NCBI GenBank assembly: GCA_963833485.1 | Contig: CAWHXT010000005.1 | Span: forward strand, 21,330 to 85,329 | DNA: 64,000 nucleotides | Origin: an uncultured Candidatus Micrarchaeota archaeon | GTDB taxonomy: Archaea > Micrarchaeota > Micrarchaeia > Micrarchaeales > CABMGC01 | Direction of reading: 5' to 3' | In this document: one piece after another, positions 54,634-63,554 of the stretch | How positions within the stretch are numbered: the first letter of the stretch is position 1 | How the letters are laid out: each line of letters opens with the position of its first letter | Position numbers and translations under genes: made by a program | Notes under the pieces: model-generated | Database searches by the model: none | Seen by the model: the letters and a program-made list of their open reading frames with translations, nothing else | Told to the model about the DNA's origin: nothing

Positions 54634-55159
54634 ATGGCTGAAGTCAAAAACCCTATGCAGGATATAGTTCTTGAGAAGCTAGTGATAAACATAGGGATAG
54701 GAGGAAACGAGCAGATGCTCCAGAATGCAAAGGGGCTGATAAAGAAGCTTACAGGAAAGGATGCTGTTGCCACGGTGGCGAAGAAGAGGGATCCGACGCT
54801 TGGTTTGAGAGAGGGACAGGTGATAGGCGCCATGGTAACGCTGAAGGAAAGGCTCGGCTGCTGACATGCTTAAGCGCGCACTTGATGCGAACAACAATCT
54901 TATAAGCGACACCGCTGTCGGGGACAACTCGCTCAGCTTCGGAATAAGGGAGTATATAGATTTCTCAGGAGTTAAGTACGACCCGAAGATAGGGATGCTC
55001 GGAATGAACATAAACGCGAGCTTCACCAGAAGGGGAAAGAGGGTCGAGACAAGGAAGAGAATGCGAAGCAAGGCTGACAAGGAGCACAGGACCGTTAAGA
55101 AAGAGGAGATTATCAAATATCTGGAGAAGACTTATGGTGCGAAGCTGAGAGGGGAATGA
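54634..55159 (+). CDS. rpl5: 50S ribosomal protein L5 (uL5), one frame disruption as read
   Basis: 'MAEVKNPMQDIVLEKLVINIG...' is followed by a +1 shift near 54846-54850 into '...SAADMLKRAL...SFGIREYIDFSGVKYDPKIGMLGM'. 526 nt, i.e. 525+1. Confidence 0.85.
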
Positions 55160-55329
55160 TTGGTGCTTATATGAAGATGAGATACGAACTGAAACAGAAA
55201 GGAAAGGGAATGAGGAAGTGCAGGATATGTGGAAACTCTAGGGCTGTCATAAGGTCCTACAGGCTCTACATATGCAGGAGGTGCTTCAGGGACGTAGCAA
55301 CAGACCTTGGCTTCCAGAAGACATCTTAG
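55156..55329 (+). CDS. rps14: 30S ribosomal protein S14 (uS14, Zn-ribbon type)
   Basis: '...KGKGMRKCRICGNSRAVIRSYRLYICRRCFRDVA..GF.K' (CxxC...CxxC). ATGA overlap with the L5 stop. Below the ORF-track cut-off. Confidence 0.85.
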   Translation: MIGAYMKMRYELKQKGKGMRKCRICGNSRAVIRSYRLYICRRCFRDVATDLGFQKTS

Positions 55330-55719
55330 ATGGTTATCATGGACATACTCGCAGACGCAATAAACATCATAAAGGTTCACGAGAACGCGGGGCTGGACTC
55401 CTGCGTCATCAGTAACACCAAGCTTGTCAAGGCAGTAATAGGCATCATGGCAAGGAGCGGTTACATAGCGAAGTTCGAGGAGTTCAAGGAGGAAAGGAGG
55501 CAGAAGCTCAGGATAACGCTCGCTAAGAGGATAAACGACGTCGGAATCATAAAGCCGAGGTTCGCGGTGAAGCTTGACGAGTTTCAGAAATATGAGATCA
55601 GATACATACCGAGCAGGGACTTCGGGATACTCATACTCTCCACGCCGGAGGGGATAATGACGAATGTTGAGGCTAAGCAGAGGCACCTCGGAGGGAGGTT
55701 GCTCGCTTACGTTTACTAG
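55330..55719 (+). CDS. rps8: 30S ribosomal protein S8 (uS8)
   Basis: 'DILADAINIIKVHENAG' at the start and a 'GGRLLAYVY' C-terminus. Confidence 0.9.
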   Translation: MVIMDILADAINIIKVHENAGLDSCVISNTKLVKAVIGIMARSGYIAKFEEFKEERRQKLRITLAKRINDVGIIKPRFAVKLDEFQKYEIRYIPSRDFGILILSTPEGIMTNVEAKQRHLGGRLLAYVY

Positions 55720-56252
55720 TGGATCAAATGGTCGATATAGAGATACCAAACGGAGTGCAGGTCAAGATCGAGGGAGACATCGCTACTGTAAAGGGAAAGA
55801 TCGGATCCACCTCAAAGCGCTTCAGCGACAAGTTCATAAGCGTCAGCGTGAACGGCAACAAGCTCAACATCTCTGCAAGCAAGGAGAAGAAGATAAACAG
55901 GAAGGCTAAGCTCGCTGAGCAGGCTTTCGCCAGTGAGTTAAGGGGAGCAATCGATGGGGTCGAGAAGGGCTTCCAGAGAAGGCTGCAGGTGATATTCGCA
56001 CACTTTCCCATAACGCTTGAGACAAAGGGCAACAGGCTTTTGATAAAGAACATCTTCGGAGAGAGAACGCCAAGGGAAGTCAGGATATATGGAGAAACTA
56101 AGGTGGAGGTGAAGGGGCAGGAGGTGACCGTGAAGGGCGTGGACAAGTACGATGTCAACCAGACGGTCGCAAACATAAGGAAGGGGTGCTACGCCTGCGG
56201 GCATGACACTAGGGTCTTCCAAGACGGAATGTACCCGATAAAAGAGGAATGA
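55719..56252 (+). CDS. rpl6: 50S ribosomal protein L6 (uL6)
   Basis: 'IEIPNGVQVKIEGDIATVKG' and two L6 repeats. GTG at 55719 or ATG at 55728. Confidence 0.9.
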   Translation: MDQMVDIEIPNGVQVKIEGDIATVKGKIGSTSKRFSDKFISVSVNGNKLNISASKEKKINRKAKLAEQAFASELRGAIDGVEKGFQRRLQVIFAHFPITLETKGNRLLIKNIFGERTPREVRIYGETKVEVKGQEVTVKGVDKYDVNQTVANIRKGCYACGHDTRVFQDGMYPIKEE

Positions 56253-56617
56253 TTATAATGAATAAGAAGCCTCATCCAAAGTTCGTTGTGCCTGGGTACA
56301 GGTCAAAGGGCAGCAAGGGAGTCCCGCACAGGTGGAGGAAGCAGAGGGGCACGGACAACAAGAAGAGGATTGCAAGAAGTGGATACGGCGCGACGCCACA
56401 CATAGGATACAAGGCTAGCGCGGATATGAGATACAAGAGGCCTGACGGAAAGCTGGAGGTGCTGGTCCACAACGAGAGTGAGATGATGAGTCTTGCCGCA
56501 GATCCTGAAAACGTGGTCGCGATGATAGCGCACGACGTGTCTGTCAGGAAGAGGATTGCAATGCAGGGAATAGCAGACAAATATAAGTTGAAGGTTGCAA
56601 ACAGGGTGAAGAAATGA
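56249..56617 (+). CDS. rpl32e: 50S ribosomal protein L32e (eL32)
   Basis: 'HRWRKQRGTDNKKR....GYG..P.IGY' is typical of eL32, and the operon position fits. Confidence 0.85.
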   Translation: MIIMNKKPHPKFVVPGYRSKGSKGVPHRWRKQRGTDNKKRIARSGYGATPHIGYKASADMRYKRPDGKLEVLVHNESEMMSLAADPENVVAMIAHDVSVRKRIAMQGIADKYKLKVANRVKK

Positions 56618-57108
56618 CGCTTAAATTCGCAAAGAGGGTGGCTGCTCAGTTGCTGAACAGAGGAGAGAGCTCGATAAGATTCAGGGAGGACGCGATTCCC
56701 GAGATCGCGAAGGCAATCACTAGGGAAGACATAAAGAAGCTCATAGGCAACGGCAGCATACTTGCGCTCAAGGCTAAGCACAACATCAGCATGAACGCTA
56801 AGATAATGAGGAAGAAGAGAGCAGAAGGCAGGCGTAGAGGGGTCGGAAGGAGAAAGGGCACGAAGGGAGCAAGGAGGGGCGTAATAAGCTGGGAGAAGAA
56901 GGTGAGGTCGCAGAGGATGCTTCTATCTGAGCTTAAGAGGATAAAGAAGCTTGACTCGAAGCAGTTCATGAAGTTCTACATGCTGGTGAAAGGCAACTCT
57001 TTCGCCAACAAGGCATCGCTGCTTCTGCACATGAAGGACGAGGGGATAAGCATCAGCGACGAGGAAATCAGGGGCATAAACGAGAAGATAAAGGGTTATT
57101 ACAAGTGA
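56614..57108 (+). CDS. rpl19e: 50S ribosomal protein L19e (eL19)
   Basis: 'KRVAAQLLNRGESSIRF' and a basic 'RRRGVGRRKGTKGAR' stretch. Confidence 0.85.
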   Translation: MTLKFAKRVAAQLLNRGESSIRFREDAIPEIAKAITREDIKKLIGNGSILALKAKHNISMNAKIMRKKRAEGRRRGVGRRKGTKGARRGVISWEKKVRSQRMLLSELKRIKKLDSKQFMKFYMLVKGNSFANKASLLLHMKDEGISISDEEIRGINEKIKGYYK

Positions 57109-57701
57109 TGTTCATGGCAAGGAAAAGCATTATAGAGCTGAAGTTCAGGAGAAGGAGAGAGGCCAAGACAAACTACCACAAGAGGCTTGCCCTTGTCAAG
57201 GGGGGGATACCTAGGGTGGTGGTGAGGAAGAGCAACAGGAAAGTACTTGGGCAGATAATAAGCTACAACGAGAAGGGAGACGTGGTCTCGTGCAGTGCCA
57301 ACTCCGACGAGCTGGAGGCTTTTGGATGGCACAGCAGAGGCAACCGCGCGACCGCATACCTCACAGGAATGCTGCTGGCGAGCAAGGTTGACGTTAAAGA
57401 GAGGGGAAATGAGCATGTATTAGACACCGGGTTGGGGTCACCAGTCAAGGATTCGGTGCCTTTTGTATTCGCAAAGGGCTGTGTGGACAACGGGCTGAAG
57501 ATCAGGGGTAAGTTCGAGATTGACGAGAATGTTTACAACTTCACAAACGTAGCAAAGCACGCTGAACAGCTCAAAAAGGAGAATGAGGGAGCCTACAACA
57601 GACAGTTTGGAGGTTATGTGAAGGAGAATGCTGCTCCGGAGGCCATGCCGAAGCTGTTTGCTGATGTAAAGCAGAAGATAATGGCGAAGAAGGGCAAGTG
57701 A
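57105..57701 (+). CDS. rpl18: 50S ribosomal protein L18 (uL18)
   Basis: 'FRRRREAKTNYHKRLALV', 'RVVVRKSNRKVLGQII' and 'ATAYLTGMLLA'. Confidence 0.85.
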   Translation: MMFMARKSIIELKFRRRREAKTNYHKRLALVKGGIPRVVVRKSNRKVLGQIISYNEKGDVVSCSANSDELEAFGWHSRGNRATAYLTGMLLASKVDVKERGNEHVLDTGLGSPVKDSVPFVFAKGCVDNGLKIRGKFEIDENVYNFTNVAKHAEQLKKENEGAYNRQFGGYVKENAAPEAMPKLFADVKQKIMAKKGK

Positions 57702-57705
57702 TGAT

Positions 57706-58371
57706 TTGGAGATAAAATATAGGTATAGGAAGGAGGACGAGGTCAAGTTTGATCCGGCTGGCTGGACGCCAAGGACCAAGATAGGAGAGATGGTCAAGAG
57801 CAAGCAGATAGTCACGTTGGAGCAGATATTCGAGGGTGGCAAGCCCATAAAGGAGGTTGAGATAGTAGACGCGCTGCTTCCAAACCTTGAGAACAAGATA
57901 ATTGAAGTGGCTTCTGTACAGAGGATGACAAAGAATAACAGGAAGCCAAAGTACAGAGCGACGGTCGTTGTAGGGGATCGCAACGGGCATATAGGTATAG
58001 GCTACGCCAAGGATGTGGAGGTAAAGCCTTCAATAGACTCGGCCATAAAGAACGCAAAGAAGAATATAATATCAGTGAGCTTCGGATGTGGCTCGTGGGA
58101 GTGCAGCTGCGGAACACCCCATTCGCTGCCTTTGACTGTCAGGGGCAAGTGCGGAACTGCGGAGATCGTGCTCAAGCCAGCTCCAAGAGGGGTTGGTATA
58201 GTCGCTGGTGAGGTGGCAAAGCAGGTGCTTGAAGTCACGGGAATAAAGGATGTATGGAGCTTCTCTAGAGGAAGAACTAGGGACAAGTACAACATTGCGA
58301 TAGCCACATTTATTGCGCTAAAGCAGATAAACAGGCTGAAGAACATCGACAAGCTGAAGATCGTAAAGTGA
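57706..58371 (+). CDS. rps5: 30S ribosomal protein S5 (uS5)
   Basis: 'VVVGDRNGHIGIGYAKD' and 'APRGVGIVAG'. TTG start. Confidence 0.9.
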   Translation: MEIKYRYRKEDEVKFDPAGWTPRTKIGEMVKSKQIVTLEQIFEGGKPIKEVEIVDALLPNLENKIIEVASVQRMTKNNRKPKYRATVVVGDRNGHIGIGYAKDVEVKPSIDSAIKNAKKNIISVSFGCGSWECSCGTPHSLPLTVRGKCGTAEIVLKPAPRGVGIVAGEVAKQVLEVTGIKDVWSFSRGRTRDKYNIAIATFIALKQINRLKNIDKLKIVK

Positions 58372-58570
58372 GTTTTTTATTGGGATAAAGGAGAAATAGA
58401 AGGGAAACATGACATTGGGGTATATGTTTCCACTAAATAATATTGGTTTTTTCTCGTTTATAAATGCTGCCATATTTAGCAAAATTGGCATAGTTTTTTG
58501 CGATTTTGTAAGCACATCGTCAGTTGTGGAAGAAAAAATAGAGTTTTAATATCTTTTTTAGCTATTATCT

Positions 58571-59116
58571 ATGGTTATTATGGTCAACGACGTCACAGAA
58601 GTAATATTAGTGGACGAGTTAGACAGACCTTTAGGTAAGATGGAAAAACTAGAGGCACATAAGAATGGAGCTAGGCTACACAGGGCCTTTTCGGTATTCA
58701 TCTTCAATAAGAGGGGAGAGACCCTGCTGCAGAAAAGAGTCATGGCAAAATACCATTCCCAAGGAAAATGGAGCAATACATGCTGCTCGCATCCTTACCT
58801 GCACGAAAGCATAGAAGAATCAGCCCACAGAAGGCTTAAGGAGGAGATGGGATTTGATTGTGATATGAGAGAGGTATTCAATTTTATCTACAGGGCAGAG
58901 GTGGGAAACGACCTTACGGAATGGGAGTTTGACCATGTTTTCTTTGGAAACTATGATGAGAAACCAAGCCTAAATCCAGAGGAGGCTGAAGATTTTAAGT
59001 GGATCTCTCTAGAAAAGTTGAGAGAGGACATCGAAAAGAACCCTAATTCGTACACACCTTGGCTCAAAATAGTGCTCGAAAAGGTAATAAAACAGAGAGA
59101 AAACGAGAAAAAGTAG
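58571..59116 (+). CDS. idi: Isopentenyl-diphosphate delta-isomerase, type 1 (Nudix family)
   Basis: Collinear with E. coli Idi: 'LHRAFSVFIFN', 'LLQKR', 'WSNTCCSHP' (catalytic Cys region), 'EWEFDHVF' and 'TPW'. Confidence 0.85.
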   Translation: MVIMVNDVTEVILVDELDRPLGKMEKLEAHKNGARLHRAFSVFIFNKRGETLLQKRVMAKYHSQGKWSNTCCSHPYLHESIEESAHRRLKEEMGFDCDMREVFNFIYRAEVGNDLTEWEFDHVFFGNYDEKPSLNPEEAEDFKWISLEKLREDIEKNPNSYTPWLKIVLEKVIKQRENEKK

Positions 59117-59128
59117 ATTTTTGTAAGG

Positions 59129-59136
59129 TATAAAAA
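59129..59136 (+). promoter_or_regulatory. Putative archaeal TATA box for the 5S rRNA gene
   Basis: 'tataaaaa' is centred about 27 nt upstream of the inferred 5S 5' end. Confidence 0.4.
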
Positions 59137-59159
59137 CCTTGAGAGACTAATATATAATC

Positions 59160-59275
59160 GTCAAACGGCCATAGGGACGGGGAAACGCCCGAACACATTC
59201 CGAACTCGGAAGCTAAGCCTGTCCACGATGCGAAATACTACTCAACAGAGTGGGAAAGCGCATTGTCGTTTGGCA
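59160..59275 (+). rRNA. rrf: 5S ribosomal RNA
   Basis: Terminal helix gtcaaac/gtttggc and the conserved core 'ccgaacacattccgaactcggaagctaagcc'. No 16S or 23S gene is adjacent. Confidence 0.85.
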
Positions 59276-59357
59276 TCATACTTGTCCTTATATCGTCGCT
59301 AAACGAAGCGTTACATAGTATTTTAAGGGGGTATTTTTCACATCTTACTAGATTATT

Positions 59358-59708
59358 ATGCCACAAGAAGTAGTGTCGGATCTGCCGGATATAGCGACGC
59401 AGAAGCTCAAAGTAGCGAGTCTAGTAGAGGTCCTTGAAGCTACCGGCATGAATTTCACCCCTATGTATCATAGTGGAAGTCTTGAGGGTGCATCGGTCGG
59501 TGACCTACTAAACCTTGCGAGGGAGGCAGACATAGGAGCGACTATAGAAGTGCTTGAGAAATCAGCCGGCTTGAGTTGCGATGAAGTGAAAGATGGTTTG
59601 ATCAAGGTATATAGAAAAGTCAATCCAGAACCAGTAGCTTCGCCTAAAATCCATAATCAGGATGATGTTAAAATAGAAAGCAGGTGCTGCGACCCAGGGA
59701 TGTTTTGA
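59358..59708 (+). CDS. Hypothetical protein
   Basis: 116-aa ORF with no motif. Confidence 0.4.
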   Translation: MPQEVVSDLPDIATQKLKVASLVEVLEATGMNFTPMYHSGSLEGASVGDLLNLAREADIGATIEVLEKSAGLSCDEVKDGLIKVYRKVNPEPVASPKIHNQDDVKIESRCCDPGMF

Positions 59709-59710
59709 AA

Positions 59711-60355
59711 TTAAAAACTTATTTTTCTTTTTCCCATATAGTCCGCCACTAAAACATTGTATCTACGTCCCAGAGTTTTTTTGCAAAAGTTTAGCGAGTA
59801 AGGCAGCTTCTTCTTTACAATTTTCCTTCCATACTTAGTGTATGGAGGTTCGTTTTTTATGACGTCCAATATTCTGAATAGATACCATTCTGCTGTTTCC
59901 TGATTTGAGTAACCTCGATTTTTACACAGCTGCTTTGCGCGCAGCACTCCAACCTTACCAAATCCGTCTTGCTTGTCGGCGTCATATAAAATTTTAGCCT
60001 CAAGGGTTTTCGAAAGGTGGGCTTTGTCAGATCTTGAATGGGATAGGATTGCGTCTGATATTCGCGCTATTTCTTGCTGGGTATAACCAAATTTAGTGAG
60101 TAGATTTGCGGCAAAAAGCGCTGAAGCGTGAGCGTGGTCTTTCTCTCCTTTTAGCGCGTTTGGCCTTATTGAATCATGCAGAAGAAGAGCTGGTTTTAAT
60201 ATCTCAAGGTTTGCCAGCTCTCGGCGTCCAATTGCTACTCCAACTTTGTAGACTCTTAGAAAATGGTCTATCTGGTGTGCGCTATCATTCGAATTTCTCT
60301 TAGAAAATCTCGCTATAACGTAGCTTTTGAGCGCAGCACTTCTTTCCATATTCAT
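59711..60355 (-). CDS. HD-domain phosphohydrolase
   Basis: 'HQIDHFLRV' with 'LLHDS' (H...HD) and a later 'HS' and 'D'. 214 aa. Confidence 0.7.
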   Translation of the reverse strand: MNMERSAALKSYVIARFSKRNSNDSAHQIDHFLRVYKVGVAIGRRELANLEILKPALLLHDSIRPNALKGEKDHAHASALFAANLLTKFGYTQQEIARISDAILSHSRSDKAHLSKTLEAKILYDADKQDGFGKVGVLRAKQLCKNRGYSNQETAEWYLFRILDVIKNEPPYTKYGRKIVKKKLPYSLNFCKKTLGRRYNVLVADYMGKRKISF

Positions 60356-60403
60356 AAATTGAAAAATCGATTTCTTATTACTTTCTTATCTCCGTTAAAA
60401 AGC

Positions 60404-61423
60404 TTATTTTTCCCTTACATATAACTCTTCTATTGCCGAAAGCATGATCTGTTTGTATTCATTGTTCGGAAACTTGTCTGAGTATTTTTCTATCGCTACA
60501 GAAGCCTTGTCTCCGTATTCCTTTGCCTTCTGCGTTGCATACTCGATACCTTTATACTTGGCTATCATCTCCCTAAGGAAATCTATCTCTTCCCTGGTTT
60601 TCGAGCTCCTTGTCTTATGGTAAATTGCGTTTATCTTCTTCTTCTCTTCTGGTGTTGCAAGTTCGTAAGTGTGAAGTATCATGAGGGTAAGCTTGCCTTC
60701 ATAGAGGTCTCCGAAGTTCTTCTTTCCGAATTTCGCTTCGTCTGCGGTCATGTCCAATATATCGTCGACAATTTGGAAAGCTATGCCCGCATTGGTTCCT
60801 ACCTCCTTAAGTATTTCGAGCATCTCGTCTGACTGTCCTGCAACTATTGCTCCTAGTTGCATAGGTCCGAAAACAGTGTAGTAGCATGTCTTGCTGTCCA
60901 AAATCCTGAAGTATAAATCAGTGGATGCCTTGTCAAGGTCTTTCGTGTTGTGTATGAATTTGTTCTCTATGTACTGCCCTTCCACTGTGTAGTTGAGCAT
61001 GTGATTGAACTTCTCGTACAGCCTGTTTCCAGCCTTGTTGTTCTTTAGCATGTAGTCTTTGAGCATCTTCCACATGGCGATCTGACCTGTGTTCGTAGCG
61101 TTAATCGCATGTACCCAGCCATGTATTCTCTGCGCTGCTGGCTTCCCCCTCCTTAGTTCTGAATCATCCTCTGCGTCGTCCTGCATCAGTATCCAGTCTT
61201 CCGAGAGCTGCTCTGCAGCTGCGGGCAAAACAAGATCTTCCTTCTTAGCGCCGAACATCTGGCCTACAAGCATGACCAACCCAGGCCTTCTGTAGCTGCC
61301 CTGCCTGTCTATGTAGTCCCTCATTATTGCGTAGTGCTCGCTAGGCTCCTTCATCGGCACGTACTCACAGATCTTCGAGTAAACCAAAGGCCTGTTTAAC
61401 TCTATGTACTCTTTAAAATTCAT
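60404..61423 (-). CDS. Polyprenyl diphosphate synthase (GGPP/FPP synthase family)
   Basis: First Asp-rich motif 'MQDDAEDDSELRRGKP' and second 'FQIVDDILD'. Confidence 0.85.
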   Translation of the reverse strand: MNFKEYIELNRPLVYSKICEYVPMKEPSEHYAIMRDYIDRQGSYRRPGLVMLVGQMFGAKKEDLVLPAAAEQLSEDWILMQDDAEDDSELRRGKPAAQRIHGWVHAINATNTGQIAMWKMLKDYMLKNNKAGNRLYEKFNHMLNYTVEGQYIENKFIHNTKDLDKASTDLYFRILDSKTCYYTVFGPMQLGAIVAGQSDEMLEILKEVGTNAGIAFQIVDDILDMTADEAKFGKKNFGDLYEGKLTLMILHTYELATPEEKKKINAIYHKTRSSKTREEIDFLREMIAKYKGIEYATQKAKEYGDKASVAIEKYSDKFPNNEYKQIMLSAIEELYVREK

Positions 61424-61581
61424 AGAAATCAGGGGCTAACTGTTACTTACTTAAGGCTATTTTTCATCTTTAAAGGAGACCCCTACTTCGTCAATTGTGG
61501 AACATTTTGAGGCATTCGTCTTTTGCGGAAGCGATGATTCCTATAAAAATCCTTATTCTACATAATCATTATAGAGATTAT

Positions 61582-62409
61582 ATGCTGGAAGACAACCTCA
61601 TAATAAGCTTCGAAGGTATAGGAAGCAGCGGGAAGACAACGCAGGCTGACATGCTTGCAAGCGACCTGTGGAAGAGCCATTACATAGCCTTGCATAAGAT
61701 GATAAACAGGAAGCTGCTGGAGAGAGCGCTGACAGCGCTGTCGAACGGCCCTAGCGAGAAGCTCTGGGTGGCAGACCTGCCGCGTGTAGACTTCGGCACT
61801 GACCTGCTTGTTTTCATGGCGCTTATGAAGGAGCGCTATGCACAGATAAAAGACCAGTTAGTAGAGCCTCACATCATCCTGATGGAGAGGTACATAGACT
61901 CAGTATTTGTGCATGCGGCTTCCAGGATCGTTCTGGAGGAGATAAAAGAGAAGCATAGCTATAGGAGCGCTGCGCCTGAGGAGCTTGCTGCTAACCTTAG
62001 GGCTCTAGCTTACAACAAGAAGATGATGTACGAAGACATAGTAGACGCTTATGTCACCGAAGGGGTTAGGAACTCAAGTGAGCAGATAGAGAAACTCTAC
62101 CGCACATTTGTTGGGATAAAGGAGATAATGAGATGGCCTGACCTCACTTTTGTCATCGATTTGCCGATAAAAGAGGTAAGGTTTAGGGAAGTGGGAAGGG
62201 AGAACAGGGTGTACAGCGACGGTGATGTTGTATACGCAATCATAGTGAATCGCCTCTACAAAGTTCTTGCAAAGAAGGAACCCAGAAGAATTTACATAAT
62301 AAACGGAGCTAGGGACACTGGAGAAGTGAGCAAGGACATTGAGAGGATAGTGAAGAAGAAGTTTAGACTCAATAGGTACATCAAGAGAGTAAAGAAGGGG
62401 AAGAGATAA
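61582..62409 (+). CDS. Thymidylate-kinase-like P-loop kinase (divergent)
   Basis: P-loop 'SFEGIGSSGKTTQ' (cf. Tmk EGxDGxGKsT), 'MERYIDSVFVHAA' (cf. DRY..S..AYQ) and 'PDLTFVIDLPIKEV'. Start at the ATG at 61582. Confidence 0.5.
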   Translation: MLEDNLIISFEGIGSSGKTTQADMLASDLWKSHYIALHKMINRKLLERALTALSNGPSEKLWVADLPRVDFGTDLLVFMALMKERYAQIKDQLVEPHIILMERYIDSVFVHAASRIVLEEIKEKHSYRSAAPEELAANLRALAYNKKMMYEDIVDAYVTEGVRNSSEQIEKLYRTFVGIKEIMRWPDLTFVIDLPIKEVRFREVGRENRVYSDGDVVYAIIVNRLYKVLAKKEPRRIYIINGARDTGEVSKDIERIVKKKFRLNRYIKRVKKGKR

Positions 62410-62471
62410 TCCATTACGTCAGTCGCGGAAGAGCTCTTGAAATTTAAGAAGCGCAGCAGAGCAATAGCTTT

Positions 62472-63554
62472 ATGACAGAAGCCCAGCAGGACATTCTGGA
62501 ATATCTGGAGCACAGGTCGAAAAACATAAACTCTAAGATAACCGAGTCTCTGGAAAAAACAAACTCTCCAGAATACATAAGCGCCCTTCTTGGAAGGAGC
62601 GATTACATTCATCATGGAGAGACACTTAATAGAGGAATAGCGGAGCCCGCATTATACCTGTTGAATTCCGGGGGCAAGCGCTGGAGGCCAGCTCTGATGC
62701 TTCTTATAATAGAAGCTTTAGGGAAGGATCCTGAAAAGTTCATGGAGTTTAGCATAATACCAGAGGTAGTACATAACGCGACCCTGATACATGACGACAT
62801 AGAAGACGGATCTATGACAAGGAGAAACGTGCAGTGCGTGCATGTGAAATATGGCACTGATGTAGCTGTGAACCTTGCTGATTTCATGTATTACTATCCC
62901 ATCTCTACCTTGTCCAACAGCAAGAAATTGTCTGCAAACATGAAAAACGCCCTCTTTTCAACATACATCACCGAGATGCTAAGGGTAGGCGTAGGTCAAG
63001 CAACTGACATTGCGTGGCATAGGTTTCTAGTAGATCCTTACAGTATAACCGAAGAAAATTACATGCAGATGGTTTTTGACAAGACTGGGGCTTTGTCTGG
63101 AATGGCAGCAAAGTTAGGAGCGGTATTGGGAGGTGGCGATGAAAAGGTGATTAGCGCTTGCGGCAAGTTTGGTGCAACGATTGGGGTGGCATTTCAACTG
63201 CAGGACGATCTTTTGAATATTACAAACAGTGGCGTTTCAAAAAGCAAGGGAGGTTTAGGAGAGGATATTACTGAAGGTAAGATGACACTGCTTGCCATAT
63301 ACGCATTACATCATTCAAAAAGAGAAGAAGGTAAGAGACTCTTAGAAATATTAAAGAGCCATACTAGAGATCCGATCCTTATAGCCGAAGCTATAAAGAT
63401 AATTTTGAAGTCTGGCGCTGAAGAACACCTTAAAAACTTGGAGAATAAGCTGCTTAAGGAAGCGTGGTCAAGTATAAATAAAAATCTGGAGGAATCCGAA
63501 GCCAAAAAGAAAATCAAAAGACTTGCAGAGTTTATGATAAACAGGGAGATATGA
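62472..63554 (+). CDS. Polyprenyl diphosphate synthase (second paralogue)
   Basis: 'LIHDDIEDGSMTRRN' and 'FQLQDDLLN' Asp-rich motifs, plus 'GKRWRP'. Confidence 0.85.
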   Translation: MTEAQQDILEYLEHRSKNINSKITESLEKTNSPEYISALLGRSDYIHHGETLNRGIAEPALYLLNSGGKRWRPALMLLIIEALGKDPEKFMEFSIIPEVVHNATLIHDDIEDGSMTRRNVQCVHVKYGTDVAVNLADFMYYYPISTLSNSKKLSANMKNALFSTYITEMLRVGVGQATDIAWHRFLVDPYSITEENYMQMVFDKTGALSGMAAKLGAVLGGGDEKVISACGKFGATIGVAFQLQDDLLNITNSGVSKSKGGLGEDITEGKMTLLAIYALHHSKREEGKRLLEILKSHTRDPILIAEAIKIILKSGAEEHLKNLENKLLKEAWSSINKNLEESEAKKKIKRLAEFMINREI

